DNA of 64,000 nucleotides from a virus: IMG/VR virus record IMGVR_UViG_3300032164_000010, positions 2,861 to 66,860 of that record; one strand, 5' to 3'. Shown piece by piece: positions 19,027 to 28,886 of this stretch (position 1 is its first letter; each line of letters starts with the position of its first letter). The notes under the pieces were generated by a model. It saw only the letters and a program-made list of their open reading frames with translations, ran no database searches and was not told where the DNA came from. The position numbers and the translations under genes were made by a program.

Positions 19027-19779
19027 CTACGTCTTCACAGTTGTCCGCAGGGGTTGGCTCTCAAACCGTCCCACGGGAGTCCCTCGAACAGTTGGCGGCC
19101 GCAAGACCGTCACATCTCTCTCTGTCTGTGCCGATACCGGCAACGGGTTGATGCCGGCTGCGATGTGAGCCTCTATCGCACGCAGTGCCGGAGCATCCTG
19201 CGGAGTGTCCCTCTCGGTCCACTGGATGAAGCAAGGACTCGTGACCTGTACCAACACGAGCTCGCTGTCCGGTTCAGGAGAAACCATCGCCCCCGGAGGG
19301 CTCTCTGGGCCGATGGAGACGTCGTCGCCGACTTTGAAGAGTCCCGCACGCTGGAGCATGGTCTTGAACGTGCGAATGTGACGCATGCAGATCCAGCCAA
19401 TCCGGCGTGCTTCTGGTCCTAGCTTGGCAAGACAAGATATCTGCATGGAGATGGCGATGAGGTCTGTGCGAGTCTTCGCCCCCGTCGCCTTGTCGATGGT
19501 TCTCATCTGGTCGAGGGAAAGGTTCCCGTACTGAGCTGGGCCGCCGGCGACCACAATGCCGGGCCTGCGCTCAATCTGGTCGCGAGGGATGGGCACCTGG
19601 TCGGTGATGACGATCTCGGTGAGGTGCTCGTCCTCGGACCACCGCCAACTGCCTTCCGGCATGTACTTGAAGAGGCCCTGTAGGAACAGGATGTAGAGCC
19701 TCGTCGTGAAGGCGAGCGGCTCCTCCCCGATCCCATGAGGGTCGGGCAAGGAGGGAGGAATGAGGTCGAAAGACGTCAT
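19027..19779 (-). CDS. putative tail completion/neck protein
   Basis: Immediately upstream of the sheath; 250 aa; positional inference. Confidence 0.5.
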   Translation of the reverse strand: MTSFDLIPPSLPDPHGIGEEPLAFTTRLYILFLQGLFKYMPEGSWRWSEDEHLTEIVITDQVPIPRDQIERRPGIVVAGGPAQYGNLSLDQMRTIDKATGAKTRTDLIAISMQISCLAKLGPEARRIGWICMRHIRTFKTMLQRAGLFKVGDDVSIGPESPPGAMVSPEPDSELVLVQVTSPCFIQWTERDTPQDAPALRAIEAHIAAGINPLPVSAQTERDVTVLRPPTVRGTPVGRFESQPLRTTVKT

Positions 19780-20132
19780 CGCTTCTGCGGAATCCCTTGC
19801 TCGCCGAACATCTCTTTGTCCATCTGCCTTCTGTACCTGTCCCCAAGCATGGTCCCAAGACCCGCCCCTATGGGAAGACCTATCATCAGCAAGGCTTTCC
19901 GAGGGTTGGAAACGCCCGAGGGACCGGGCTTGAAGAGGTGAGGGAAACGGACATTTGCCAGGTAATCTGCGGCACCGAAACCTGCGCCGAGCCCGAGAGC
20001 GCTGCGAGCGACAGCGCTCCCAACACGCTTCCAGGAGCTCTGCGGCTTGGGTGCAGGAGCCTCGTTCAGGTGCCTTTCGGCATCCTCTCCGATCTTCACC
20101 AGCTCATCGAACAGTGCGCGTCGACTGATCAC
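19776..20132 (-). CDS. putative internal head protein (FDELVKIG signal + glycine zippers)
   Basis: RALFDELVKIG; GLGAGFGAA and GAGLGTMLG. Confidence 0.65.
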   Translation of the reverse strand: MISRRALFDELVKIGEDAERHLNEAPAPKPQSSWKRVGSAVARSALGLGAGFGAADYLANVRFPHLFKPGPSGVSNPRKALLMIGLPIGAGLGTMLGDRYRRQMDKEMFGEQGIPQKR

Positions 20133-20141
20133 TGTTGTGCC

Positions 20142-21035
20142 CTAGGTTGCGACCCCACGCGGGTTGTAGTTGTAGACGGCCATGATGTTCTGGACGTCAA
20201 CAACTCCGTCCGTGTGTTGTGGGTTGGTGAAGTTCCTCTCCGCCGCCGGCGACAAGGTCGCCACATCCACATTCACGGGGAGCTTGTACGCCACATCTCC
20301 CACAGGCAGGAGATGTAGAGAAAGCTCCTGATGAACCGCAGCCCTGAGACGCTGCGTATGATTGACGGCGAAGACTACCCATCTCTTGTTCTCGGCCTCG
20401 ACGAGGATATCTTTGGGCTTGATGGGTGGGAAGGAAATTAGCCTTCCACTCGTGTCTTGGTTATGGGCTTCCCCGTGAGGGCCCATCGTGGGTGTGTTGG
20501 TGGCTGGGTCGATCTGGATGAAGCACTCGATAGGAGAAAAGTAGCCCCCCAGATACCCGGTATCGAAGCACGTGAGGCAATTCGACTTGGTGCGTCTGCT
20601 GGTCACTCGGTCGTAGCAGATGCACTTTGGCCCGAACGTACGGACGGGGAAGAGCCAGCACTTCCTGCCGATGAGCTCTCGGAAAAGAACATCCTCCTGT
20701 CGGGTGATCTCCATGGCGATGAGGTCTGGTTCGCCATCCTGCGTCGTTGGTCCCACATCAGTAACCTCAGAGGTCGGCTGATGGGTGATGCGAAGCAGGT
20801 AGAAGAGATGTCGCCACGTGTGTAGCAACGCTGGGCCAGTGTCCCTGAAGTGGTAGATGTCTTTCAGGGGAACGCTGATAGATGTCCAGGGGCCGTGAGG
20901 AGACTCAGAGCGCAGCACCTGAAAGGTGTATGTGAGGATGTCGTCGGTGGCGGGTAGAAAGTCGGCGAGCTCCCAGAACAGATCCATGTGATCCAGGTCG
21001 AAGCTACGTGCGTAGAACTTGGTGACCTGAATCAT
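20142..21035 (-). CDS. putative neck/head-closure protein with Zn motif
   Basis: CICYD...CLTCFDTGYLGGY; located between capsid and tail genes. Confidence 0.6.
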   Translation of the reverse strand: MIQVTKFYARSFDLDHMDLFWELADFLPATDDILTYTFQVLRSESPHGPWTSISVPLKDIYHFRDTGPALLHTWRHLFYLLRITHQPTSEVTDVGPTTQDGEPDLIAMEITRQEDVLFRELIGRKCWLFPVRTFGPKCICYDRVTSRRTKSNCLTCFDTGYLGGYFSPIECFIQIDPATNTPTMGPHGEAHNQDTSGRLISFPPIKPKDILVEAENKRWVVFAVNHTQRLRAAVHQELSLHLLPVGDVAYKLPVNVDVATLSPAAERNFTNPQHTDGVVDVQNIMAVYNYNPRGVAT

Positions 21036-21043
21036 GAAGTTGA

Positions 21044-21970
21044 CTACCTCTGCCCCAACTGGATGAGAGCAGCGACCAGAGGACTGGCCGTCTTGCGCAT
21101 ACTCGCAGCCTTCTGCATCTGAAGGGGCTGGGACCATACCGAGCCGGGCTGCACCATGTCCGGCTGAGGCTTCCCGGCCCCGCGGATGCGATCCAATTGC
21201 CGTCCGAAGAAGCCTCTCTGGTTGGGGCCGGGCGTGTTGGGGACACCCCGAGATGTCATCATCTCGTCGTAGGCATCCAGCCCTTGGGGGCGGACGGCCG
21301 GCATCGCCTGTGTCTTGGCCATTCCAGGATTCAGCATGCCCTCAGACAGCACCGAGCTATGTGGCTGAGCGGGAACCATCCCAGCGGCACCAGTGGCTGC
21401 CGCCGGTGCCCCATGAGACTTGGCCAGATTCCCGAGGGAGTTCGGGTCTAGCTTGTTGACGCCCTTGGTGGCCAGACCGCTGATCTGGTTCCTGCCGAGG
21501 TGCCCAGCGGCCGCACCGATGGCTCCCCCGTAGAGAGCACCTTTGAGCCGTTGCTTCTGTCCAGTCACTGGGTCACGAGGAGCACCGACTGTGGCCCCGA
21601 GACCAGCACCAACCAGGCCTGCCGCCACCTGGGGTCTCTTGGCGGCAAAGTTCAGGGCCTTGGTAGCTGCCGGAGCAGCCTTGGCCATCATGGGAGCAGC
21701 CTTGGCAGCCAGCCCACCCAAGGCACCCAGGATGTTGGCCTGCTTCTCGATCTCGGCTGCCTGTGTCTGAGCAAGCTCACGCCCCATCGTGTCCGCGGCA
21801 GCGATGCTGCCTTGGAGTCGATCCAGACGTGGGGTCTGGGACATGAGCCCACTCTCCCGAGAGAACTCGACCAGCTCCTCGGGAGGAAGTGATCCAAGCG
21901 CAGAACGAAATGCCTGCTCCTGGAGGGGCTGGGCATCGGCCATCTTAACGAGCCAGTTGTCCATGGTCAC
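21044..21970 (-). CDS. putative internal head protein with glycine zippers and K-x-A sites
   Basis: VKMA, EKQA, QKAA, RKTA; GLVGAGLGATVG, GALYGGAIGAAAG. Confidence 0.7.
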   Translation of the reverse strand: MTMDNWLVKMADAQPLQEQAFRSALGSLPPEELVEFSRESGLMSQTPRLDRLQGSIAAADTMGRELAQTQAAEIEKQANILGALGGLAAKAAPMMAKAAPAATKALNFAAKRPQVAAGLVGAGLGATVGAPRDPVTGQKQRLKGALYGGAIGAAAGHLGRNQISGLATKGVNKLDPNSLGNLAKSHGAPAAATGAAGMVPAQPHSSVLSEGMLNPGMAKTQAMPAVRPQGLDAYDEMMTSRGVPNTPGPNQRGFFGRQLDRIRGAGKPQPDMVQPGSVWSQPLQMQKAASMRKTASPLVAALIQLGQR

Positions 21971-22467
21971 TTCCTTCGGAGAAGGTGGGAAGCCAGCAGC
22001 CCGATGCCTGCCCCTGTGCCTGCGCCGGCGATGGTTCCCTGCACCGGGTGCTCACGCATGGCCTTGGCCATGCCGTGCATGAACTCTGTGGACCTACCGC
22101 TCATCTTGCCGCGGAAGGTAGTCTCAGGCTTCTCATGGTGGTGCTTCACCGCAGACTCGAAGGCTTCCTCGGTGGCGCCCTTCCCAGTGTCCTTGCGAGG
22201 ACGGTTGCCTAGATAGGTCATGCCACCGCCAGCGGCTGCCCCTATACCCAGAGCTGCAAGGGTCGAGGGCTTAGCCAGGTGTTGAAGCTCTGCACCGCCG
22301 TGGGCAAGTGCGCGATCCACTACACCAGCCTGCTTCTCGATTGGCTGTTCGACGGGGGCAGAGACCGGCTCCTTGAAGCGGATCATGGCCTCCGCGGCGG
22401 CAGACCACTCTTCTCGCTTCTCGTCCTCAGTCTTCAGTCCTTCGAAGAAGTCCTGCTGCGACTCCAT
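21967..22467 (-). CDS. putative internal head protein with glycine zippers
   Basis: EKQA followed by GIGAAAGGG and GAGTGAGIG segments. Confidence 0.7.
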   Translation of the reverse strand: MESQQDFFEGLKTEDEKREEWSAAAEAMIRFKEPVSAPVEQPIEKQAGVVDRALAHGGAELQHLAKPSTLAALGIGAAAGGGMTYLGNRPRKDTGKGATEEAFESAVKHHHEKPETTFRGKMSGRSTEFMHGMAKAMREHPVQGTIAGAGTGAGIGLLASHLLRRK

Positions 22468-22479
22468 GGCCCCTCCGTA

Positions 22480-22629
22480 CTACGCGATGAGGTAGAAGAG
22501 CAGCCACTTCCCGTTGGCGGCGTCGAACACGATCTGAACGACGGTGCTCACGCCATTGCTACCCCGTACGTAGTCTCCGAGTTCCTTGTACGTACCGAAA
22601 CAGTGCTCTCTGAACTTGGTGTGATCCAC
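22480..22629 (-). CDS. small hypothetical protein (49 aa)
   Basis: AGGAG RBS, GTG start, MDHTKFREHCFG...LLFYLIA; fills the gap. Confidence 0.5.
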   Translation of the reverse strand: MDHTKFREHCFGTYKELGDYVRGSNGVSTVVQIVFDAANGKWLLFYLIA

Positions 22630-22670
22630 GGCCTGATTCTCCTATTCTGTCCTGCCCATGGGAAGGGACT

Positions 22671-23462
22671 TCACCATCCCCCGTAGAACCCATTGGTCCA
22701 GAGATAGAGCGCCTCGGCGGCGCGTACCTGGGATGCAACCCTCGAGAACTCCTCTTTGGTGAGGAGGCCATTGTCGTAGCAGTGATGGTGTGTCTGGCAG
22801 AGGACGAGGCAGTTCTCCTCGGAGATCGGACCTCCGTCCCTGTCCGACTTGATGTGGCAGAAGTCGAGGGCGCGGGACTCACCGCAGACTTCACAGGCAG
22901 CTATGCCCCGCTTCTGTAGCACCTTGCGCTTGTGCCACTGAGCTGTCCTGAAACGATCATCTCGTGCTCGACGCCACGGTGCTTTGTAGCCCGCCTCCTT
23001 CATGCGCCGCACGACGACACCGTAGGAGACGCCGTATTTCTGCGCGATCTCCTCGTAGGTGGAACCTGCATCCGACATCTTGATGGCCTCGTCGACGGGA
23101 AGCTCCTGCCGACGGTGTGAAGGACGTCCGATGAGTGCCTTCCCTGGGGAAGAGCGGGGAATGTCGAACTTCTCGAGCCAGTCGATCCAGGTCGCGTACT
23201 TGACGTTGTAGAACTTGGCCGCGTCAGAGGCGACGTGTCCGAAATGCGACATAGCGGCCCACATGAACTCGCGAGTGGGGACAAAGCCGAGCACCTTCTC
23301 GGTCCGTCGACCTCCACAGCCTCTGAGCTTTACACCCTGCTTCTTGAGACAAGCCTTCACTCCCCCAGGCGTCACTCCCTTGAGGCGAGCTATTTCGACA
23401 GTTGACTGACCTCCCTCATAGAGGGCTCTCACTTCAATCGGATCCATCTTCTGCGTAGGCAT
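22671..23462 (-). mobile_element. free-standing HNH homing endonuclease with N-terminal HTH domains
   Basis: CEVC...HIK...ENCLVLCQTHH; HTH-like STVEIARLKGV and TYEEIAQKYGVS; own sigma70-like promoter; target-end duplication. Confidence 0.85.
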
Positions 23463-23468
23463 GGCCAG

Positions 23469-23497
23469 AAGGTAGACGATCAAGATGAAAGTGTCAA
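23469..23497 (-). promoter_or_regulatory. sigma70-like promoter of the HNH gene (probably leaderless)
   Basis: TTGACA-17 nt-TACCTT, 6 nt before ATG 23462. Confidence 0.7.
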
Positions 23498-23513
23498 CCG
23501 ACATAGTATCAGC

Positions 23514-24017
23514 TCACCAACCTCCGTAAAAGCCATTTGTCCACAGATATTCACTGTGAACTCCACTTCCCCAGCCATTCTCCAGGTTGATGGCAATCTT
23601 CATCTCTCGCTTCTTGGCTTCGTAGCGGTTGGCGAAGAGACTGATCCACGACTGGATGAGAGGAGTCTTCTCGTTCAGGTTGACCTGGATGCCTCCATCG
23701 GAGAAAGGTAGCGAGTTGCGAGTCATCAAGAGCCCGACGGACTCCAGCAGGTTGATGGTCGTACCCCGAAGAAGCAAGCTCTTCGAGGGGAAGTCCCCGA
23801 AGCTGTGACCCGAGAACGGAGGGGTGGTGTTGTAGTCGTCGATGGCATCGATGACGGCCCAGGCGATGAGCCTATCCGAGTGCTCTTCACCTTGGATGAG
23901 CCGGTTCAGCTCCGGCTTGTCTCGAAGGAAGTTCCGCACCACCTGAACGAACTGAGCCAAAGAGATCGGCTGTCCTGGAATCATGGACGGTCCGAGCTCC
24001 GTGTAGTCGAAAGGCAT
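23514..24017 (-). CDS. putative head-tail adaptor/neck protein
   Basis: Downstream of the capsid gene, 167 aa helical; positional inference. Confidence 0.55.
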   Translation of the reverse strand: MPFDYTELGPSMIPGQPISLAQFVQVVRNFLRDKPELNRLIQGEEHSDRLIAWAVIDAIDDYNTTPPFSGHSFGDFPSKSLLLRGTTINLLESVGLLMTRNSLPFSDGGIQVNLNEKTPLIQSWISLFANRYEAKKREMKIAINLENGWGSGVHSEYLWTNGFYGGW

Positions 24018-24021
24018 GAAG

Positions 24022-24282
24022 CTACCTCCGGTGGTTGTGGCCGTTCTTGGGCTTGTCCTCGGCAGCCAGGCGTTGACCTTTCTTCGCCTTGGCGGCCGCG
24101 TACCAAGAAGGCACAGGTCCGATTACTATGACGCCGGCGTTGGCCAGAGCTCTCACCTTCTCGGTCACTAGCTCGACGGGCATGTTGATAGCCTCGCCAG
24201 GTGCTAGGACCTTGCGATAGAGCGGGACCTGGCTAGGGGTCTTTCCAGGCCCGTCTGTGACGTTGGTGACCCTCACGAACAC
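24022..24282 (-). CDS. small virion-associated hypothetical protein
   Basis: 86 aa; N-terminus (VRVTNVT..LAPGE) resembles that of the neighbouring gene. Confidence 0.6.
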   Translation of the reverse strand: MFVRVTNVTDGPGKTPSQVPLYRKVLAPGEAINMPVELVTEKVRALANAGVIVIGPVPSWYAAAKAKKGQRLAAEDKPKNGHNHRR

Positions 24283-24290
24283 GGGTCACC

Positions 24291-24713
24291 CTACCAGCGC
24301 TTCTTGCTCTTGCCCTTGTGCTCAGGCTCCGTGCTGGTAGGCGCAGGAGGGAGCGGCTCTGGCTCGGACTTCGGGGCCTCCACAGGAGGCTCCACCACAG
24401 GAGGCGGAGGGATGGGGGCGGCCTCTTCCTTCTTGGGCTCCGGGGGCACCTCGACAGGAGCAGCCACGACCGGTTCGGTCTTCTTGAGGGACTCGAACCC
24501 CAGGTCGACCGGCTTGATGTCGATGGCACCCTGCTTGAACAGCAGCTTGAGGGACGGCTCCAGGCGCTTCATCGTCGCCTCGTCCACGTCCTTGTGCTCC
24601 CCAGGACGGAGACGTGTGCCGGCGATGGAAGGGACCGGCTCAAACCTGGCGGCGTGCCGGTGCAGATGTGCTTTTGAACGGTCGAATGAAGTGTTGGTGA
24701 TGCGGTAGAGCAT
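24291..24713 (-). CDS. virion-associated protein with P/E-rich tail
   Basis: GGAGG RBS; YRITNTS...LRPGE. Confidence 0.7.
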   Translation of the reverse strand: MLYRITNTSFDRSKAHLHRHAARFEPVPSIAGTRLRPGEHKDVDEATMKRLEPSLKLLFKQGAIDIKPVDLGFESLKKTEPVVAAPVEVPPEPKKEEAAPIPPPPVVEPPVEAPKSEPEPLPPAPTSTEPEHKGKSKKRW

Positions 24714-24742
24714 GGTCGAGGCCTCCCGAGTGATGAAGACAC

Positions 24743-24797
24743 AAGGGGGGCGCTCGACCAGGCGCCCGACTAGGGTTATCTGATCGAGCGCCCCCTT
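24743..24797 (-). terminator. long hairpin after the major capsid gene
   Basis: AAGGGGG(G)CGCTCGA...TCGAGCGCCCCCTT inverted repeat. Confidence 0.6.
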
Positions 24798-24809
24798 ACC
24801 TTGCCCGGA

Positions 24810-25922
24810 CTAGAACTGCGAGACGTCCGGGAACTTCAGGCCGGCATCGACCCGGTTGTTCACCGCGCCGAGCTGGTCCTCATCGACAGGCAGCTTCGCC
24901 TCGGAGCCGCTGGTCAGGTCGCCCGGGGTCACGGAACCCCCGTAGAGCTCCATCTTGCGGATGGCCGAGATGTTCACCACCGCCATGCCGATGTCCATCC
25001 AGCTCTGCCAGGTGATGAGGTTGGCGATCTTGTCGATGTAGAACTTCGTGTTGTTCAGGATGTACGACTTGCCGAGGAACTCCGGAGCGGCGAAGCTGTA
25101 CACGTTGCCCGGACGGAGGATGTCCGTCTTGATGGTGCGGATGAGCTTGCGGCCGAGGAGGACGTTGTACTTGTAGCCGTCCACCATGGTCTCGCTCTGC
25201 ATCTTGTCGCCCATGTCCTGAAGGGTCCACGACAGGATGTCGTCGTAGTCCACCTCGGTCATGATGAAGCGCTCGGTGCGGAGCCGCTCGCCGTCCATGA
25301 GCTTGAACAGGTTGACGAAGTCCGGACGGGTGACCGGCCAGACCGTCCAGTCGTCCACGCCCTTGTCGACGCAGACGGCGCCCTTGATGATGCTCTTCTT
25401 GACCACCGAGTCGTAGGTCGACGCCTTGAGGGCCGTCGCCGTGCCGTTGGCCTCGAGCTGGAGAGCCTGGACCGCCGCCTCGGCGTGCTGGAGCGCCACG
25501 CGGTCCTTGATCTCCTGCATGTCCTTCACCGAGTTGTCCTCGATGATCTTGGTGACCGGCATCTCGTACGCGAGAAGCTCCTGCTCGGTCTTCTCGAACT
25601 TCTCCGAGGAGATCGTGAAGAAGGGGATCTCGGCACGCGGCGCACGCACGAAGCGGGCCGTGGGCTGGCCACGGAAGGTGATCGACATGGCCCGGGACTG
25701 CGGCTCGATGTCGACGATCTTCACGAGGGTGTCGTGGTTGACCGACCGCTGGCAGTCCGTGCGGGTCACCGGGTCGGGCGGGATGATCTTGTCCCAGAAG
25801 CAGACCTCGCGCAGACGGTCCCGGACGTACACGGAACCGACGGCAGCGATCTTCTCCTTGCCCTCGCTCGTGTCGAGGCGCTGGGCGAACATGTCATTCA
25901 GAACGCGAGCCGGAACGCTCAT
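24810..25922 (-). CDS. major capsid protein
   Basis: 370 aa, very strong codon bias, AAGGAG RBS, downstream of protease/scaffold genes and followed by a hairpin. Confidence 0.8.
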   Translation of the reverse strand: MSVPARVLNDMFAQRLDTSEGKEKIAAVGSVYVRDRLREVCFWDKIIPPDPVTRTDCQRSVNHDTLVKIVDIEPQSRAMSITFRGQPTARFVRAPRAEIPFFTISSEKFEKTEQELLAYEMPVTKIIEDNSVKDMQEIKDRVALQHAEAAVQALQLEANGTATALKASTYDSVVKKSIIKGAVCVDKGVDDWTVWPVTRPDFVNLFKLMDGERLRTERFIMTEVDYDDILSWTLQDMGDKMQSETMVDGYKYNVLLGRKLIRTIKTDILRPGNVYSFAAPEFLGKSYILNNTKFYIDKIANLITWQSWMDIGMAVVNISAIRKMELYGGSVTPGDLTSGSEAKLPVDEDQLGAVNNRVDAGLKFPDVSQF

Positions 25923-25970
25923 GAGTTTTTCTCCTTTTCCTTGTCCTACGGGTCCGCTCTTGCGTCCCGG

Positions 25971-26471
25971 TTACGCCGCGATCGTGAAGAGGTACGGGCT
26001 GACCGTCTTGAAGCGGAGCTTCTTGGTCGTGCCCGAACCGGTCACCCGAGTGCAGAAGGCACGCACGCAGTACGTGCCAGCGCTGGTCGGGAGCTTCTTC
26101 AGACCCTTGCGGGTCAGGAGGTCGACGGTGCAGTCACCGACGATGAGCCACGTGTTCGCCCCGATGGTGCCGTCGGAGGCGTCGAAGCAGGTGGTCTCGG
26201 CCTCGAACTCGCCGATGTAGATCACCGGCAGCTTCTGGATGGCCTGGGTGTCGTACCGGCCACGCTCGGCGAAGACGGGGTACGTGGGGACTGCCACGTT
26301 GCCCGAGCCGCCGCGGGCGAGCTGGTACGAGGTGTTGAGCTGAAGCCACTCCCCATCGATGACGGGGTTGGTGGCGTACGGGTTGAGAAGCGACGCATCA
26401 GCCAGCGGGAAGTCACGGCGGCTGAGAGGCGTGAGCTCCGAGATCAGGTTCATGTGCGGGGCGAGGGACAT
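25971..26471 (-). CDS. putative capsid decoration/minor head protein
   Basis: 166-aa beta-rich ORF directly upstream of the MCP, strong codon bias. Confidence 0.55.
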   Translation of the reverse strand: MSLAPHMNLISELTPLSRRDFPLADASLLNPYATNPVIDGEWLQLNTSYQLARGGSGNVAVPTYPVFAERGRYDTQAIQKLPVIYIGEFEAETTCFDASDGTIGANTWLIVGDCTVDLLTRKGLKKLPTSAGTYCVRAFCTRVTGSGTTKKLRFKTVSPYLFTIAA

Positions 26472-26500
26472 CGCAGTTTCTCCTCAGTTCGTGTTGGGTT

Positions 26501-26851
26501 CTAGCCCTCGAGGATCGCCTGCTCGAGCGCCGATGCGGCGTCCGAAGCGTTCCCCGGGTGGTCGGAGAGCGACGCCAGCTTCACTTGCTGCGCCGACAGC
26601 TCGACCGCCTTCTCGTACGTGTCGAGGTCATCCGACTGCATGAGTCGGTCGACCTTCTCGGCGTACGGCGTGTCCGAGTTGAGATTCTTGGCCTCCATCG
26701 AGGTGGCCAGCTTCTCGACCCGCTCACGCTTGTGGTAGAAGGCGAGCTTCTCCTTCAGGCTTGAGTTCTCCTCGGACAGGGCCCTGAGAGTCGGGCCCAC
26801 CTGCCGGAGGACCTCCGCGACCTTGTCGCTGGACAGCTTCTGCATCGGCAT
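26501..26851 (-). CDS. putative scaffold/core protein with K-x-A sites
   Basis: Helical; DKVA, EKLA x2, VKLA. Confidence 0.6.
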   Translation of the reverse strand: MPMQKLSSDKVAEVLRQVGPTLRALSEENSSLKEKLAFYHKRERVEKLATSMEAKNLNSDTPYAEKVDRLMQSDDLDTYEKAVELSAQQVKLASLSDHPGNASDAASALEQAILEG

Positions 26852-26876
26852 GGTCTCCTTCTCCTCTGGTCCTGTC

Positions 26877-28382
26877 CTACTGCTGGGGAGCAACGCCAGG
26901 TTGCCCACCGCCGCCACCCTTGGCCGCTTCGAGAGCTGCCTTGAGCTTGCACACACGGCACTCGCCCGTCTGACCGCAGGTGCACCCATCGGGTGCTTCA
27001 TCGGCCGAGGCGAACGAGCCCATGGGCGGGGAGTTGCCCTGTACGTTCATCCCACCACCACCGCCCATGCCCTGAGCGAGCTTGATGCGGTGAAGCCTGG
27101 AGGCTGCCGTCTTGAGCTTGCAGAACCGGCACTGCTCTCCACCGTTGCACGTGCAGCCGGCCTCCGCCACCTTCTGGAGGAAAGCTGCCTGAGCCGCTGC
27201 GATCTTCACACCGGCGATCTTGGCGACCTCGGTGTTCCGCAGATTCTCCTTGAGCTTGGAATCGTGCGCTGCGCTGAGGGCCGGCTCCTCGAGAACCTGT
27301 GCGAGCTGGCTCTTCTGTGGCCCCTTCGCGTCGCGCTTGGTGTAGTTGATGGCCGCCTCGTTGGAGGCGATCAGCTTGCGCCCCTGGTTCCCGTAGCCCG
27401 AGGTGGGGCCTCCGGGACCGCTCTGGGGCTGCGTGGCGTCGGTCACCGTGAGTCCACCCTCACCTGGGAGAGGACCGGCGCTGCGCGGGGACGAGATGTC
27501 CGCCTTCATCACGTCCTCACCGGCCAGCTTGGCGAGGATGTGGGCCTTGGCGATCTCGGCCGCGGTCTTGCCCATCTGGCGACCGACCAGTGCTCCGGTG
27601 GCGCCGCCGAGAAGACCGCCGCTGACTGCGCCACGCCCAGGATGTCCGGGTGTGCCGATGGCTCCTGCGGTGGCTCCGAGAGCTGTGCCGGCCGCAGCGC
27701 CTGCCGCAGCCGGATGACGTGCCGCCAGTTCCGCGATGGTCTTCAGCGTGTCGCTGGCCCCGGCGGTCTTGCCGAGGTTCACCAGCGGACCCTTCTCGGG
27801 GTACTTCGCGTGGGGAACCGCACCGGATGACTGGCCCGGGGCCTGGTTCCGGTCGTTGGCGATCTGGGTCGCGCCACCAGGCAGCTCGGCCGCCTGCATG
27901 CCGGTGCCCGCCTCGCTCTGCGCGGGGTCGTCACCAGCCGGCTTGTCCTTCTTGTACTTCTGGGTACCACCCGTCGCCTGGTTCAGGTCGAGGGCGGTGT
28001 CGCCCTTGCCGGGACCCTGGGGCGAGTTCCCCACCGCACCCTCGGCCAGCTTGGAGATGGCCTGGGTGAGGATGCCGCGCTGCGCCGGCACGATGCTGTC
28101 CGTGTTGTCGGCGATGTAGTCGCACGCGGACGCCAGCTTCTCGACGAAGCCCGGCTCAGTGAGCCCAGCGGTCTTCATGCAGGACTCCTTGTCTTCACCG
28201 TACTCGGCCTTCTCCTCCTTCTTCGAAGGGAAATGGCCGTGTTCCTTCTGCTCATGCGCCACAAGGTGACGCACCTTCTCTTCCTTCGCCTTTTCATCCT
28301 CGGCGAGCTTGACGCTGGCGTTCTGGATGACCCCCTCAATGAGGGATTGGAGGGGAAGGTTCGACGTGAGATCCCTCAGCAT
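26877..28382 (-). CDS. putative core polyprotein with more than 10 K-x-A sites, a glycine zipper and Cys repeats
   Basis: KLA/KTA/KIA repeated; GCTC...C..CKLK twice. Confidence 0.7.
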   Translation of the reverse strand: MLRDLTSNLPLQSLIEGVIQNASVKLAEDEKAKEEKVRHLVAHEQKEHGHFPSKKEEKAEYGEDKESCMKTAGLTEPGFVEKLASACDYIADNTDSIVPAQRGILTQAISKLAEGAVGNSPQGPGKGDTALDLNQATGGTQKYKKDKPAGDDPAQSEAGTGMQAAELPGGATQIANDRNQAPGQSSGAVPHAKYPEKGPLVNLGKTAGASDTLKTIAELAARHPAAAGAAAGTALGATAGAIGTPGHPGRGAVSGGLLGGATGALVGRQMGKTAAEIAKAHILAKLAGEDVMKADISSPRSAGPLPGEGGLTVTDATQPQSGPGGPTSGYGNQGRKLIASNEAAINYTKRDAKGPQKSQLAQVLEEPALSAAHDSKLKENLRNTEVAKIAGVKIAAAQAAFLQKVAEAGCTCNGGEQCRFCKLKTAASRLHRIKLAQGMGGGGGMNVQGNSPPMGSFASADEAPDGCTCGQTGECRVCKLKAALEAAKGGGGGQPGVAPQQ

Positions 28383-28383
28383 T

Positions 28384-28836
28384 TCACGCTCCTGTTGGTC
28401 GTGCCGCTGGCGGCTCCACATGCTGGATGGCGGCAGCCTGCGGAGCAGGCGGCTGCACTATCGAGTTCACCTTCGAGTACTTCCCTGTTCCCGCGAGCGG
28501 CTTGGTCGGAGCAGGGGTGCTCTTTATGTCTGCGACCTGTTGAGGTGGCGCAGTCGTGAGACCCACAGTTGCGATCTTCACGAGCTCGTCCGAGAAGGCT
28601 GCTAGAGCTTCCTTGGACAGTCCACCTGGATCGGCCGTTTTGGTGTCATCTCGGGGCGTGTCGTACTTCGCCTTGGCTTCGCGTCGCCCTTCCGCGGTGC
28701 CATAGCCCTTCGGGGACTTTCCTACCGAATGCGCCTGCTGTGTGGCGAGAGCCCATGCCTCTGACTCTGGCATGGAGGAGTTCCTCGCCATGATGTGCCG
28801 CGCTCGGTCGTGAATCCACTTGGGCATGTTCGTCAC
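28384..28836 (-). CDS. putative internal head protein (AFSDELVKIA signal)
   Basis: KTA, KEA, AFSDELVKIA. Confidence 0.7.
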   Translation of the reverse strand: MTNMPKWIHDRARHIMARNSSMPESEAWALATQQAHSVGKSPKGYGTAEGRREAKAKYDTPRDDTKTADPGGLSKEALAAFSDELVKIATVGLTTAPPQQVADIKSTPAPTKPLAGTGKYSKVNSIVQPPAPQAAAIQHVEPPAARPTGA

Positions 28837-28886
28837 AGCTCCCGGGGAGCAGGGCTCATCACCCCGCTCCCCGGGTGCATGATCTC

